The notes: generated by a model from the letters alone, not told the origin. A DNA stretch of 64,000 bases from Octopus bimaculoides (GCF_001194135.2 NC_069000.1:35490690-35554689), one strand, 5' to 3'. Shown: positions 1 through 14,700, counted from the stretch's first letter. Program-made: numbers and translations.

Positions 1-215
1 CACCAGAGAGAAAAGTGTTTGTCTGTAGACCTTTCAGATGTGTCCACCATACACATTCTTTTGCCACAGCCACAAGCATGATGAAAAAGGCTCTTCCTTC
101 CCGTTCCAAGGAAGGAGGCATGACAATATTCACGATAGACTTGGTTGATAAACTGACTCGTCCCACATACGATAGCAGTCGTTCGACATAGGCCAACAGG
201 TCAGAAATGGTTGGA
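1..215 (-). mobile_element. L1/Tx1-type LINE ORF2 C-terminal fragment
   Basis: Minus-strand translation TISDLLAYVERLLSYVGRVSLSTKSIVNIVMPPSLEREGRAFFIMLVAVAKECVWWTHLKG resembles the region after the zf-RVT domain of Tx1-like ORF2. Confidence 0.5.
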
Positions 216-518
216 CACTGTGAAAAGCACCATTCAAGTATGGCTGATGCCAGTGGCACATAAAAAGCACCTTTCAAGCGTGGTCAATGCCATTCAAGCA
301 TGGTTGATGCCAGTGCCGCCTGACTAGCCCCCATGCCAGTGGCATGTAAAAAGCACCCACTACACTCTTGGAGTGGTTGGTATTAGGAAGGGCATCCAGC
401 TGTAGAAACCTTGTCAGATCAGATTGAAACCTGATGCAGCCTCCTGGCTAAACCAGTCCTGAGTCAAACATCCAACCCATGCCATCATGGAAAGCAGATA
501 TTAAATGATGATGATGAT

Positions 519-552
<34 letters not shown>

Positions 553-1568
553 TAGATAGATAGACAAGCAGACAGAATGATAGGCAGTCTGATAGATAGA
601 TAAATAGATAGATAGACTGGCAGGCAGGTATGTAGGCAGGCAGGCAGATTGACCAATCTAAAATATAAATATATTTAATATATATTAAATGTTGAAAAGC
701 TAAATACAAGATTTTAATATCTAAGTTTATATCAAAGCAGTGTTTACTGTATGACTTTTGAAGTTTGTGAATGTGTTTTTGTTCTGGTCAAATCATAAAA
801 CCATTTTTTTGCCTTCACTATTTACATTGTGATGTTAAAATTAATTTACAAAGTTTGCAAATGAAACTCGTGTTTTGCTTCATAGTCTGTGATGATTTTC
901 CCCATTACTTCACAACTTTAAACTATGTAATAGTAACACATCAGAAATTTTAAAGTGGTAAGATGTTTACTTCCCAACTACATGGTTTTAGGTTCAGTCC
1001 GACTGCTTGGTACCTTGAGCAATTGTCTTCTGCTATAGTCTTGGGCCAAACAATGCCTTGTGAGTGTATTTCGTAGATGGAAGCTGAAAGAAGCCTGTCA
1101 TATATACATCTATGTATGTGTATGGAGGTGTGTGGCTTAGTGCTTAAGGTGTTGGACTCACAATTGTAAGATTATGGTTTCGATTCCTGGACTGGGCTGT
1201 GCATTGTGTCCTTGAGCAAAACACTTCATTTCACATTGCTCCAGTCTGCTCAGCTGTAGAAATGAGTACCACTAGTAGAGACGAGTTGCTCAGTGGTTAG
1301 GATGTTAGCTGTAGAAATGAGTTTAGCCTGAATTACCATGTCTCCATGGTATGAAACTATTATTCTTTTACTTGTTTCAGTTATTGGACTGTGGCCATGC
1401 TGCAGCACCACCTTAAAGAGTTTTAGTCGAAGATAATAAGCCTTGTATTTATTTATTCTATCAGTCTCTATTGCCAAACCACTAAGTTATGGGAACATAA
1501 CCACACCAACATCGGTTGTCAAGCAACGGTGGTGGGCAAGAAACACTGACTCAAAGACACACACATAA

Positions 1569-1603
<35 letters not shown>

Positions 1604-1703
1604 NNNNNNNNNNNNNNNNNNNNNNNNNNNNNNNNNNNNNNNNNNNNNNNNNNNNNNNNNNNNNNNNNNNNNNNNNNNNNNNNNNNNNNNNNNNNNNNNN
1701 NNN

Positions 1704-1739
<36 letters not shown>

Positions 1740-1744
1740 ATATG

Positions 1745-3705
1745 CTAGCAAATGCACCCGTCCTTTGGACAGTATAATTTATCATAATGGTGCACTCCTA
1801 TAGCCATTTTAAATTGAATTAACCTACAGTTACAAGTCGTTTCAAGTTGATAAACATAAAATCTATAATTACCAATTTCATTAACAGTTTATGATATGGT
1901 ATTAAGCAATTTAGGTAATGAATAAAATGTTTTAAATACAAATTTGACCGTTAGTAATAAATGAAAGTCCATGAAATGAGATTGCAATTTCAGTAGGCAT
2001 TAGGGGTACTATATCTTACTTGAAGCAGTTTGTATCATGTATTATTTTTCTCGTAATGCCTGACACAACCGCATTGAAGCTTTTTTTCAATGAAAGTCAT
2101 GTATGATAAAGAAAAGCAAACATTTACAGCAAACACACAAATAGAATAATGGTGTGTTATTTCTTTACTACCCACAAGGGGCTACACACAGAGGGGACAA
2201 ACAAGGACAGACAAACGGATTAAATCGATTATATCGACCCCAGTGCGTAACTGGTACTTATTTAATCGACCCCGAAAGGATGAAAGGCAAAGTCGACCTT
2301 GGCGGAATTTGAACTCAGAACGTAGCGGGCAGACGAAATACCGCTAAGCATTTCGCCCAGCGTGCTAACGGTTCTGCCAGCTCGCCGCCATAAATAGAAT
2401 AATGGTGTGTACAAAAATAAATGTCAGAGCATGCTTATGAGCGAACAGCGTGTGTGAAGTGAGAAGGGCCATTGAAGGTAATGTACTGTTAACAGGAATC
2501 AGGGAAATGAAGCAAAATATTAATGAAATGCTTGCAGGAAGTCTGGTTGCTAACGGCTACAGTTTGGTGGAGATATGAAGAATGCAGTAGAGGAATAACT
2601 ACTGTAGGGCTGTTTTGTAGACGACATTTTTGGTTCTTCCTTCAGGAGCATAGATGAATTAATTGTCTGGATGGCCAACTCTGGAACAACTGACATAGAA
2701 CTGTCCATGTGAAAAGCACAACATTCGAAGGTCCAATCTGACAACTTTCAGTGACTGACCATGTGCTTTGTTAATTGTCATTGCAAAGCTGAGTTTGAGA
2801 GGGAACTGAAGTCTCTGCATAGGTTAGGGGTCTGTCTTTTGGGGTTAGCGGAATTTTCGGAATGAAAATGATATCGTTTTTGCGTTGTCCCATGATAATT
2901 TGGGATTCGATGATGTGATCCATCATTTGTTTGACCACAAGGTGAGTTCCATTGCCTAGTGTTGGTGCATTTAGATTGCATAGGAGGATGACAGGGCAAC
3001 CGATTTTAAGTGAATTTCATGGGGAAGGAGTCCTGGAGGATCTTGGGAGTTGAGTAATTCCATTGGAAAGTGTGTAACCTGATCGAGGTTGGTAACGGTG
3101 TCAACTGATCTGTAACAACATTCTTGAGAAGGTAGCTGAGTAAGTCATACTTAAGAGTGTTGACAGTTGCATTTGTAGGTGCAAGAACAGCCCTGTCGCG
3201 AAGCCAATCTGGTTTTATTTATTCCATTGTAAGATTTGGGTAAACGGCAGAACATGTCATCAGGGCTAGAGACAGTGTGGCCAATGGTGGTAGTGTCAAT
3301 GTATCCATTGTTGTTGGACTTAATTTGTCCAGTGCCGATTTTAGAGAGTATTTCCGAAAGCTGGGTTGTAGGCTGACCAGCCTGTATGAGTGATCTTATG
3401 TTGATGGTGAGTTGTTTCAAGTGGACATGCAGCCAAAGGAGGGATTTCTTTGAGGCAGGTATTAAGTTCATCAGCGGGTGTTCCTTTGGGTATAATAGGC
3501 AGAGTTTGTCACACCTCCAAGGATGTTGTTCGATCTAAGCTCTCTCTCATCGTGGTATCAAGTGTTTGTGAGGAACATTTATGGGACATAGTTGCTTCAT
3601 CCCAAACACAAATAATGAGTTTGCACTTTTTCAAAATTGTCGCTTCGTCCAAGGAATGCATTATGTGGCATGCTGGGTTTTCTCGAAAGATATTGATTTT
3701 AATGG
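1745..3705 (-). mobile_element. Helitron 3' half: decayed PIF1-type helicase (2599-3705), 3' UTR, subterminal hairpin and CTAG end
   Basis: Minus-strand peptides [91 protein letters not shown] and APEGRTKNVVY..LQ*. Hairpin ctgtcc-aaa-ggacgg lies about 10 nt before CTAG at 1745-1748. Confidence 0.88.
2158..2391 (-). mobile_element. tRNA-derived SINE (family A, ~230 bp) with a 19-bp target-site duplication
   Basis: Head ggcggcgagctggcag, B-box gagttcaaattcc, tail aaagaaataa. TSD aaatagaataatggtgtgt at 2139-2157 and 2392-2410. Confidence 0.92.
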
Positions 3706-3753
3706 GGTTCAGTTAAATGGTCTGTCACATATACACACACATACATCTTCTGT

Positions 3754-3803
<50 letters not shown>

Positions 3804-4157
3804 CAATGGGCATCTTTTAGTTTTCATTTATCAAATCCACTCACAAGGCTTTGGTCAGCCTAAGGCTATAGTGGAAGACATTTGACCAAGGTGTCACACA
3901 GTGGGACTGAACCCAGGGTCATGTGGTAGGGAACCAAGCTTCTTACCATACAGCCACACCTGCACCTGTCTAGCTCTTATTTTAATACTGTCTACATTAA
4001 ATGATATGATATATATTTCACATATAATTTAACATACGTAGTTATGACTATTGTTGCCATTTGTAGTGTTACTGCTATTAGTTAATGAAACTGCTGTCAC
4101 TGTCAACGATTATATTTATCATGTCTTTAACTCCACTATCATTTATATATTTGCCAG

Positions 4158-4280
4158 GAATGGGAATTACTCAGTGGAACGTATGTGTCAGATTTTAAGA
4201 TTTCTGCTCAGGCTTTAGAACAAGAGTTACCTCCCTGGATTGAGGACCGTGAATGTGCCATGCCTGTTGCTATATTGAAG
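4158..4280 (+). CDS. DYNC2H1: DYNC2H1 exon (phase 0-0): [41 protein letters not shown]
   Basis: Acceptor ttgccag, donor gtgagt, 123 nt; matches human EW...LPSWIDQERSWAVATLK. Confidence 0.9.
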
Positions 4281-7200
4281 GTGAGTACATATATATATCT
4301 GTTGATACAAGATGTTAAGTTTATTTACATTCATATACTTGCATTGATGCACCTCTACTGGTGCTGTGTAAACGCACCTATGCCAGTGATACGTGAGGAG
4401 CATCCAGCTCACTCTGTTAAGTGGTTGGCATTAGGAAGGGCATCCAGCCTTAGAAACCATGCCACAGCAGACAGTTGGAGTCTGGACAGCACCCTACTAG
4501 CCAGCTCCATCTCAAACCATCCAACCCATACCAGCATGGAAAGCAGACATTAAATGATGATGATGATGATGATGATTTGTATTGTACTTTCAGCATTGGA
4601 ATCCTTTCTCTGGTCTTGTGGGAAGAAGAGGCCATTCTCTCCTAACTGAACACACTTTCAGGAAATTTCTCTTCTTCCTTAGAAAGAATTGGTAATGGTT
4701 GAAACCAATGTTCTCCATACTTCTCTCTTTCGCTTGTTTCAGTCACTGGACACCGGCTATGCTATGGCATCACCTTCCAGGGTTTTAGTTGAGCAGTACT
4801 TATGTTTTCTTTTAAGTATGGTACTTGTTCTATCAATCCCTTTTGCTGAACCACTATGTTACAGGGATGTAAACAAACAAACACCAGTTGTCAAGCAGTG
4901 TAAGGACAAACACAAAGACACACACACATACATATATGTAAGAACAAACACAAAGACTCACATACATACACACACACACACATATGTAAGGACAAACGCA
5001 CACACACATGTGTAAGGACAAACACAAACATATATACACACATATATGGACAGACTTCCACACAACCAAAAATAAAAGACATCATCATCATTTAACATTT
5101 TTTTCCCTCTTGTATCTTTTACTTGGTTCAGTCATTAGACTGTGGCCATGCTGGGGCTCACCTTGAGGAATTATAGTCAAATAAATCGACTTATTTTGTT
5201 TTTTAAGTTTGGTACTTATTCTATCAGTCTCTTTTGCTGAACTGCTAAGTTACAGGAACATAAGCACACAGACACAAATACATACGCAAACACACACACA
5301 TATACATATTTATATATGACAGGCTTCCATCTATCCAATCTACTCACAAAGCTTTGGCCAACCCAGGGTTATAGAAGACGTTAGTGCCACACAGTGGGAC
5401 TGAACTTGAAACCTCATGGATGTGAAGCAAACATCTTTAACCTCACAGCCATGCAATGTATTATATCTAAAGCATTGTCTTTAGATATAATACATAGGGC
5501 TGTTTACCTTGTTTCCATGTGGTTTAAGTAACCAAGAGCACAAAAAGGGCCCCAAAGTGGGATGCCAGCCCATCACAAGTTTACTCATTTACAGTTGAGG
5601 GTGGAGGCGCAATGGCCCAGTAGTTAGGGCAGTGGACTCATGGTCATAGGATCGCGGTTTCGATTCCCAGACCGGGCGTTGTGAGTGTTTATTGAGCGAA
5701 AACACCTAAAGCTCCACGAGGCTCCAGCAGGGGATGGTGGCGAACCCTGCTGTACTCTTTCACCACAACTTTCTCTCATTCTTACTTCCTGTTTCTGTTG
5801 TGCCTGTAATTCAAAGGGTCAGCTTTGTCACACACTGTGTCACGCTGAATCTCCCCGATAACTACATTAAGGGTACACGTGTCTGTGGAGTGCTCAGCCA
5901 CTTGTACGTTAATTTCACGAGCAGGCTGTTCTGTTGATCGGATCAACTGGAACCCTCGACGTAAGTTGAGGAGACTGGAACAATATAAAAATGAAGCGTT
6001 TTGCTCCAGAACACAGCTCACAGCCCTGTATGGAAATTGAAACCATGATCTTGTGATCATGAGCGCAACAGCCCTAACCACTAGGCCACATGTCTTCACT
6101 GTGTAAGGAAAATTAATGGTGCATAGATTGTTTTTAATGTTTTATGTAATGTAAATTATTTGTGCAGGATGATTTATATGCAAAGCAATCAATATTATAT
6201 GTAAGATAATCAATATTATACATATATTAATCAATATTAGATATAACTCAAAAGAAGTTTTTGTGAATGTGGAGAGTTTTGAAATGCAGTTTGGTTCTTA
6301 TTGAGCAGTTGTTACCACGGAGATTAACTGCTTTAAAAATCTCTTTTGAATATTCTCTCACAAGGTGGTCAGTCAGAACAGAGAGAGGCAGTTTGTGGAT
6401 GGGTTGGGGGAGGAAGTGAGAATATTTGGACAATTCACTAGATTTTAATGGATATTTCTGCAGGAATTTTCCAACAATAGAGGAGTTGATTATCAAGTGA
6501 GAAATATTCCCAACAATAAACAATGCTGCATACTTATTTCTTTTGAGAGCAGAAACCTATAGAAGAACCTTGAGAAACATCTGGCAGTCTCATAGTGAAC
6601 ATGGAATTGAATGGAACTGAAGATTATTGCTGTTTAATTTGGGAAGTTTTATTGATATCTGAAGAGGCAAAAATGCATTCCTATATTCTATGTCACCAGA
6701 CTGTTGAAAGATGTTAGGGGTCAAAATACTTGATAATCACTAATGGAATGGTTATCAAACATAATAATAATAATCCTTTCTATTATAGTCACAAGGCCTG
6801 AAATTTTTTGTCGGGGTGGGGGATAAGTCGATTACATCGATCCCCAGTGTTTAGCTGGTACTTATTTTATTGACCTTGAAAGGATGAAAGGTAAAGTCGA
6901 CCTCAGCAGAATTTGAACTCAGAACATAGCAACGGGTGAAATACCACTAAGCATTTCGTCCAGTGCACAAATGATCTGCTAGCTCACCACCTTAAATAAT
7001 AATAATAATAATAATCCTTTCTACTATAGGCACAAGGCCTGAAATTTGGAGGAGGGGGACTAGTCGATTACATCGACCCCAGTGTTTCACTGGTACTTAA
7101 TTTATTGACCCCGAAAGGATGAACAGCAAAGTCGACCTCGAGCATGGAGGGTGGACATTAAACCATCATCATCATCATCATCATTTAATGCCCATTTTCC

Positions 7201-8639
7201 ATGGTGGCATGGGTTGGGTAATTTGACAGATGACAATATAGAGTGCTACACCAGGTTCCAGTTGTCTGTTTTAGCATGCCTGTCTATGGTTGGATGCCCT
7301 TCTTAATGCCAACCACTTTACGTTGTATACCAGCTACTTTACATTTCTGCCACAACACACAGACACACACATATATTATTATTATTATTATTGCCTTTGC
7401 ACAGTATCCAATGCTGGAGATGTACTACTGTGTCAGCTGTTTACTACCAGTGAACTAAGGTAACACCTCTTATTTTTCGAGCACCTTCCAGAGTATTCAA
7501 GCGGTCCCAAGCAGTGCTGTTTTCTGCAAGTGCTCCACCCTTATTGCAGCCCCTATTTCTTCCACGTACTTCTCAAGATTTTTGCTCACTGTTCCCAGGG
7601 CTCCGACAATTATTGGTACTACTGCTACCTTTTTCATCCCTTTTTTATCGACCACAACTGCTTAACTTTCCAAGCCAGCCTGTCATATCTCTCGACTTTT
7701 CTTTCTTCCTTATTGCATACCTTGTCAGCTGGGAATGCTATATCTATGATCCAACATTGTTTGTTTTCTTTCTCAATTAATACTATGTCTGGCTTTCTAT
7801 TCTCTATCTCATGGTCGCACTGAATTATAAAATCCTTTTTATGATTCATTATTATTATTATTATTATTATTTATTATTGCTATGTTCTCACCTTCATATT
7901 TCAGTACAATTTCTCTGAACTCTATGGAAAGCTGAATTTCCAAGGCTCAAACCTCTGGACACCATTTCTCCATAGCAGATGTTGTGAGCAAGAATTTCCC
8001 AAAGCAGTCGAAAATAATCTGAGCAAGTTCCAACGCCTTCTTGTAATCCATGCTGTGAGACCTGATCGTCTGCAGACTGCAATGACACAGTTTGCTTGCT
8101 GGGTACTAGGTAACTGGGATTTTGGCACGCTTTTATGAAGGATGAAAGGAAGGAAGGAAAGGCGTTATCTGTGTTTCTGTGTGTGTGTCCATGTGTTTGT
8201 GGTGGGGAGTTTAATATGTGAGGGTGTGTGCTTGTGTGTGTTTGTATGTGATTGCATGTATGTGTGCTCGTGTATACATACTTGTAGGTGTGTACATATG
8301 TGTGTGTGTGTACATGTTTGTGTTTGTGTGTGCATGTGTTTTTGTGTGTATTCATGTGTGTATGCGTGTGCCTGACTGTGTGCTTGTCTATGTGCATGTG
8401 CATATGTGTGTGTATATATGTATATTTGTATGTGTATATCTGTATGCTTGAGTGTGTGTGTGTGTTTCTGTCTATGTTTATCTGTGTGTATATGTGTATG
8501 CATTTGTTGTATTTCTGCATGCCTCTTTGGTGTCACCGATTCAATGCTGGCTTTATGGCTTATTTTTTCTCTCATTTCAATGTTTCTCTCTTTCTCTAAA
8601 TCCCTCCCTCCCTCCACCTATCTCTGTCTGTCTGTCTCC

Positions 8640-8734
<95 letters not shown>

Positions 8735-9442
8735 NNNNNNNNNNNNNNNNNNNNNNNNNNNNNNNNNNNNNNNNNNNNNNNNNNNNNNNNNNNNNNNNNN
8801 NNNNNNNNNNNNNNNNNNNNNNNNNNNNNNNNNNNNNNNNNNNNNNNNNNNNNNNNNNNNNNNNNNNNNNNNNNNNNNNNNNNNNNNNNNNNNNNNNNNN
8901 NNNNNNNNNNNNNNNNNNNNNNNNNNNNNNNNNNNNNNNNNNNNNNNNNNNNNNNNNNNNNNNNNNNNNNNNNNNNNNNNNNNNNNNNNNNNNNNNNNNN
9001 NNNNNNNNNNNNNNNNNNNNNNNNNNNNNNNNNNNNNNNNNNNNNNNNNNNNNNNNNNNNNNNNNNNNNNNNNNNNNNNNNNNNNNNNNNNNNNNNNNNN
9101 NNNNNNNNNNNNNNNNNNNNNNNNNNNNNNNNNNNNNNNNNNNNNNNNNNNNNNNNNNNNNNNNNNNNNNNNNNNNNNNNNNNNNNNNNNNNNNNNNNNN
9201 NNNNNNNNNNNNNNNNNNNNNNNNNNNNNNNNNNNNNNNNNNNNNNNNNNNNNNNNNNNNNNNNNNNNNNNNNNNNNNNNNNNNNNNNNNNNNNNNNNNN
9301 NNNNNNNNNNNNNNNNNNNNNNNNNNNNNNNNNNNNNNNNNNNNNNNNNNNNNNNNNNNNNNNNNNNNNNNNNNNNNNNNNNNNNNNNNNNNNNNNNNNN
9401 NNNNNNNNNNNNNNNNNNNNNNATATATATATATACACACAA

Positions 9443-9481
<39 letters not shown>

Positions 9482-11688
9482 CCATGTGACTGGCCCTAGT
9501 GCCGGTGGCACGTAAAAGCACCTACTACACTCTTGGAGTGGTTGGCGATAGGAAGGGCATCCAGCTGTAGAAACTCTGCCAGATCAGATTGGAGCCTGGT
9601 GCAGCCTTCTGGCTTGCCAGTCCTCAGTCAAATCGTCCAACCCATGCTAGTATGGAAAGCGGACGTTAAACGATGATGAAATATATATATATGTATGTAT
9701 GTCTTTTATCTTTTACGTGTTTCAGTCATTAGATTGCAACCGTGCCCCAGTATGGACACAATCTAATGACTGCTTTGAAGGGTTTGATCAAATAAATTTC
9801 CGCCCAGTGCTTATTTTTTTCTTAATGTCTGGTACTTATTCTATTGGGCTCTTTTTGCTAAACCACTAAGTTAATAATGATGATGAAGAGGGTATGTGTA
9901 TGTGAGTGAATGTCTATATTTGTGATGGTTGTAAAAGAATGCTGCTGTCATACAAGCAGTATCACTTATTCCCACCTAGTATCCTGTGGAGGCATTTCTG
10001 GCCGTAGAGGGATATTACGTTGTTCGGAAATAGGTGAGAGTCGGCGACAGTAAGAGTATTTGACTACAGGAAATTCTATGCCAATGTTATCTTGCCTGAC
10101 CTATGCAAAGCATGGAAAAGTAGGCATCAAAACAATGATGTTGCTGACAGCGGTGATGATGGTGAGGAAGAGGGAGAGGAGATGTGTGTGTCTGTGTCTC
10201 CTTGTCTTGACGTAGCATAATGCTTGTAAATGAGTGTCACTGTCATATGAGCGGTGTCATTCATTTCCAATGTTCTGCAAAAACATGTCTGGTCATGGAG
10301 AGGAAATATTACCTCGCTTGGAAACAGGTGAGGGTTGACAATTGGGTGGGGGGCATCTGACCATAGCCAAGTCTACATCAGTGACCCACTTTGTTGAACA
10401 CAGGGTTGTTTATTCCAGTATGTTCTACTTGTTGCCTGTTGAGGCGCAATGGCCCAGTGGTTAGGGCAGCAGACTCGCGGTCATAGGATCGTGGTTTCGA
10501 TTCTCTTACTGGGCGTTGTGTGTGTTTATTGAGTGAAAACACTTAAAGCTCCACGAGGCTCCGGCAGGGGATGGTGGTGAACCCTGCTGTACTCTTTCAC
10601 CACAACTTTCTCTCACTCTTACTTCCTGTTTCTGTTGTGCCTCTAATTCAAAGGGTCAGCCTTGTCACACTGTGTCACGCTGAATATCCCCGNNNNNNNN
10701 NNNNNNNNNNNNNNNNNNNNNNNNNNNNNNNNNNNNNNNNNNNNNNNNNNNNNNNNNNNNNNNNNNNNNNNNNNNNNNNNNNNNNNNNNNNNNNNNNNNN
10801 NNNNNNNNNNNNNNNNNNNNNNNNNNNNNNNNNNNNNNNNNNNNNNNNNNNNNNNNNNNNNNNNNNNNNNNNNNNNNNNNNNNNNNNNNNNNNNNNNNNN
10901 NNNNNNNNNNNNNNNNNNNNNNNNNNNNNNNNNNNNNNNNNNNNNNNNNNNNNNNNNNNNNNNNNNNNNNNNNNNNNNNNNNNNNNNNNNNNNNNNNNNN
11001 NNNNNNNNNNNNNNNNNNNNNNNNNNNNNNNNNNNNNNNNNNNNNNNNNNNNNNNNNNNNNNNNNNNNNNNNNNNNNNNNNNNNNNNNNNNNNNNNNNNN
11101 NNNNNNNNNNNNNNNNNNNNNNNNNNNNNNNNNNNNNNNNNNNNNNNNNNNNNNNNNNNNNNNNNNNNNNNNNNNNNNNNNNNNNNNNNNNNNNNNNNNN
11201 NNNNNNNNNNNNNNNNNNNNNNNNNNNNNNNNNNNNNNNNNNNNNNNNNNNNNNNNNNNNNNNNNNNNNNNNNNNNNNNNNNNNNNNNNNNNNNNNNNNN
11301 NNNNNNNNNNNNNNNNNNNNNNNNNNNNNNNNNNNNNNNNNNNNNNNNNNNNNNNNNNNNNNNNNNNNNNNNNNNNNNNNNNNNNNNNNNNNNNNNNNNN
11401 NNNNNNNNNNNNNNNNNNNNNNNNNNNNNNNNNNNNNNNNNNNNNNNNNNNNNNNGAATGTGTATGTGGATATGCATGTGTGTGTGTATGTGGTTATGTG
11501 AATGCATGTGTGTATATGTACGAGAACAACATGTTTGTGTATGTATGTGAATGTATTTGTGTGTGTGTGTGTGTGTGTGTGTCAGTTACTCTATTCAATC
11601 ATTGCTGAAATATCTTGTTTCTATAATCGTGATCTTATCTTCTTTGTCTCTGTCTTTATATATGAAATGTATGTGTTTGAGTATCTTT

Positions 11689-11761
<73 letters not shown>

Positions 11762-14700
11762 ATATATTTCCAGCTTCGTTCTAAAACATTAATGGAGCTT
11801 CAGATTCATCTTCTATAGAATTACTCTATCCATATGATTGCAAGTGTGATGTTTAAGTTTCCACCACACACACACACGTATGTGTTCTGGTATTTTATGT
11901 TCTGAATTCATTTCCTCTCACATCTTAGGCATTCCACTGCATCCATCTGTAGCAGGGTATCCATTTCAGTAAACCATGCTTTAGCTAAAGACATGGATTT
12001 ATTGAGGAGATCCAAATCGTTCAAATATCAACTACAAAGATAGTTCCTACAGAAAACCTCTCTCTCTCTATTTTTTAATAAGTGTTATAATAATACTCTT
12101 TTACTCTTTTACTTGCTTCAGTCATTTGACTGCGGCCATGCTGGAGTACCGCCTTTAGTCGAGCAAATCGACCCCAGGACTTATTCTTTTTGGAAGCCTA
12201 GTACTTATTCTATCGGTCTCTTTTGCCGAACCGCTAAGTTACGGGGACGTAAACACACCAGCATCGGTTGTCAAGCAATGCTAGGGGGGGACAAACACAG
12301 ACACACACACACACATACACACACATATATACATATACACCAAATCCACTCACAAGGCTTTGGTTGGCCCGAGGCTATTGTAAAAGACACTTGCCCAAGA
12401 TGCCGCGCAGTGGGACTGAACCCAGAACCATGTGGTTGATAAGCAAGCTACTTACCACACAGCCACTCCTTTCTTCAAGATTTTCCTCATCTTAAATTCT
12501 TCTAAATTTTTATTCTTGAAACAGGACTGAAGGATTTGGCCCCACCAACATTCAATCTGAAGAAGTTGTTTACTGATGAGACCGTTGCTACAGAACCGAT
12601 CTTGATTATCATATCTCCTGGTGCTGATCCTTCTCATGATCTACAAGAACTTGCTTCGCAGACAATTGGTTCTGACCGATACTATCAGGTAAAGTGTTGA
12701 GCAACAAAAGCAATAAGTACATAGATAAACAAATAAATTTTATAAATAATAATTATAAGCTTATAAGTGTTCACTGTGTATTGGCTATAGAAAATAGTTT
12801 AATATCAGGACATGTAAACTCTTGGCAGGAAAAAAATGGGTACTAGTATGCATGGGAACTGAACCCCTCCCTCTTATTTTCACGATAAGTATACTGACTG
12901 ATTACACAAACTTACCGGCCTGTTTCTTTCCATTAGATTTAAGAACTATAATTTCATAGTGTTGTGTAAACAATTTGTGTATGTCTAATATTGTGGAATA
13001 TAAACCATTGACAGAAGAGAACTAATGAATAAATGGGTTCAATGGAATTGGCTGCAGATTTACTGAGTCACTCTAGCATAAGGTGAAATACCTTGTATTA
13101 GTTGTTCTGGGTCTTTGCATTCTAATTTCAAATCTCTTTGTGGTTAGCTTTGCCTGTCATCCTTCTGGAGAGTGGGGGTCGATACAATAAATTTCCTAAG
13201 GGCAGTGGATTTCCATAATTGCAGTATTTGATCCAAGGACACCTTGCAGTATTTGTTCCAAGTCTTAGCATTCTGAGTTCAAATCCCACTACAGCCTACT
13301 TGGGTGATGGTCTTATTCTGTCGCTTGGTTTGATGTCACTACATGACCCTTGGGGGCCTTTGGTGAAGGGGTCCACTCTGTAGCAAGCATTTAGGTCAAG
13401 CTTGAGAATAACTTCCTTGCTTCTTATCATCAGTTTCAGAAGACATGAAATGCCACTAAGCATTTTGTCTGACGTGTTAACAATTCTGCCAGCTCACCAT
13501 CTTAATAACAACAACAAGAATAATAATAATAGTAATAATAATGATAACTGCACTTATGCAATACCAGGCACTAAGCTCTCATGGCTTCTGACTGGAAGTG
13601 TTATCATGTACATGTTTTGTCTTGGCGTAAAAGAAGGACTGCAGCAAATATTCTGCTCAATACCATAGATTTGCTTGTCAGTTGTTTGACCTTAACCAGT
13701 TAAGCATGTTCCTTGGTGGCTGACGATATGTGCGTCTCTGATCAGGAGCATCATTGCCATGTGTTGAGAGGATATCTTTGGGGTTTGAAAAATTCACCTC
13801 TGGAAACATGGGTGCTTCATTCAACATCCTTAAGCAACCCTTATTCCGTCAGGAACCTTTTGAGCAGGATGAGCTACTTGACCTGAAGAAAATTCTACCT
13901 GGGCCCCACCTGCAAGGTTATGTGCTGTTTATTTTGATATGATATCACCATGTTATGCACATATGGTTGTGATGCATGTGCCTGGTGTACCCTTATCAGG
14001 TGGGTAGTTATGATGGGTACACTGGGCTTTGTATATTTGTACCCCAGTGTTACTTTGATGGCATACCCTGCTCTCTCTCACTCAATAATAATAATAATAA
14101 TATACTTTAAATTATTTTCCTTGTAGGTTGCCATGGGGCAGGGACAAGCTAATGTGGCATTAGAATTACTTAGGCAATCAGCCCATGATGGAGACTGGTT
14201 ATGTTTGAAGAACCTTCATCTTGTCACATCTTGGCTTCCTATCTTAGAAAAGGTAAGTGTCACTTTTTTTTTTTTTCATGGATCTTTTTTTTTACTTTGT
14301 TTTAGTTTGTTTTTTCCCTCAGGTGTACTGATATTCTGTAGCTTGTTTATATTTATGTGCTAGAGATATTTTTTAATCCACATCATTAACTGGTTGTTAT
14401 ATCATTGCTGTTATTTCTGTTCAGAACAGGTTTGAACATTTTAATAAACCTTGTCATCATCATTGTCGTCATTGTCATCAATATCATCATCGTCATCATC
14501 AACTTTATCTTCACCACCATCATCATCATCATCATCATCATTATCGTCATCAGTGTCATTGCCATCATCATCATCATCATCATCATCATAAGTAAAAATA
14601 AAGAACCTATCCATTCAATGTAGAAAATTGTTTTTTTTTTTTTTTTTTTTTTGTTTAAACAATCACAGTAATAATGAATATCTCATCAATAACCGTTAAT

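Noticed and set aside
5604-5680. tRNA genes at SINE heads (also 43845, 45392, 51237)
   Set aside because: A- and B-boxes are present, but each continues into a shared SINE body and no complete cloverleaf is evident.
8406-9521. Long ORFs in the supplied track (also at 10571, 16760, 32003, 53276, 54813, 59486, 60403 and others)
   Set aside because: They are open only because N-runs and (TA)n/(CA)n/(TG)n microsatellites contain no stop codons in those frames.
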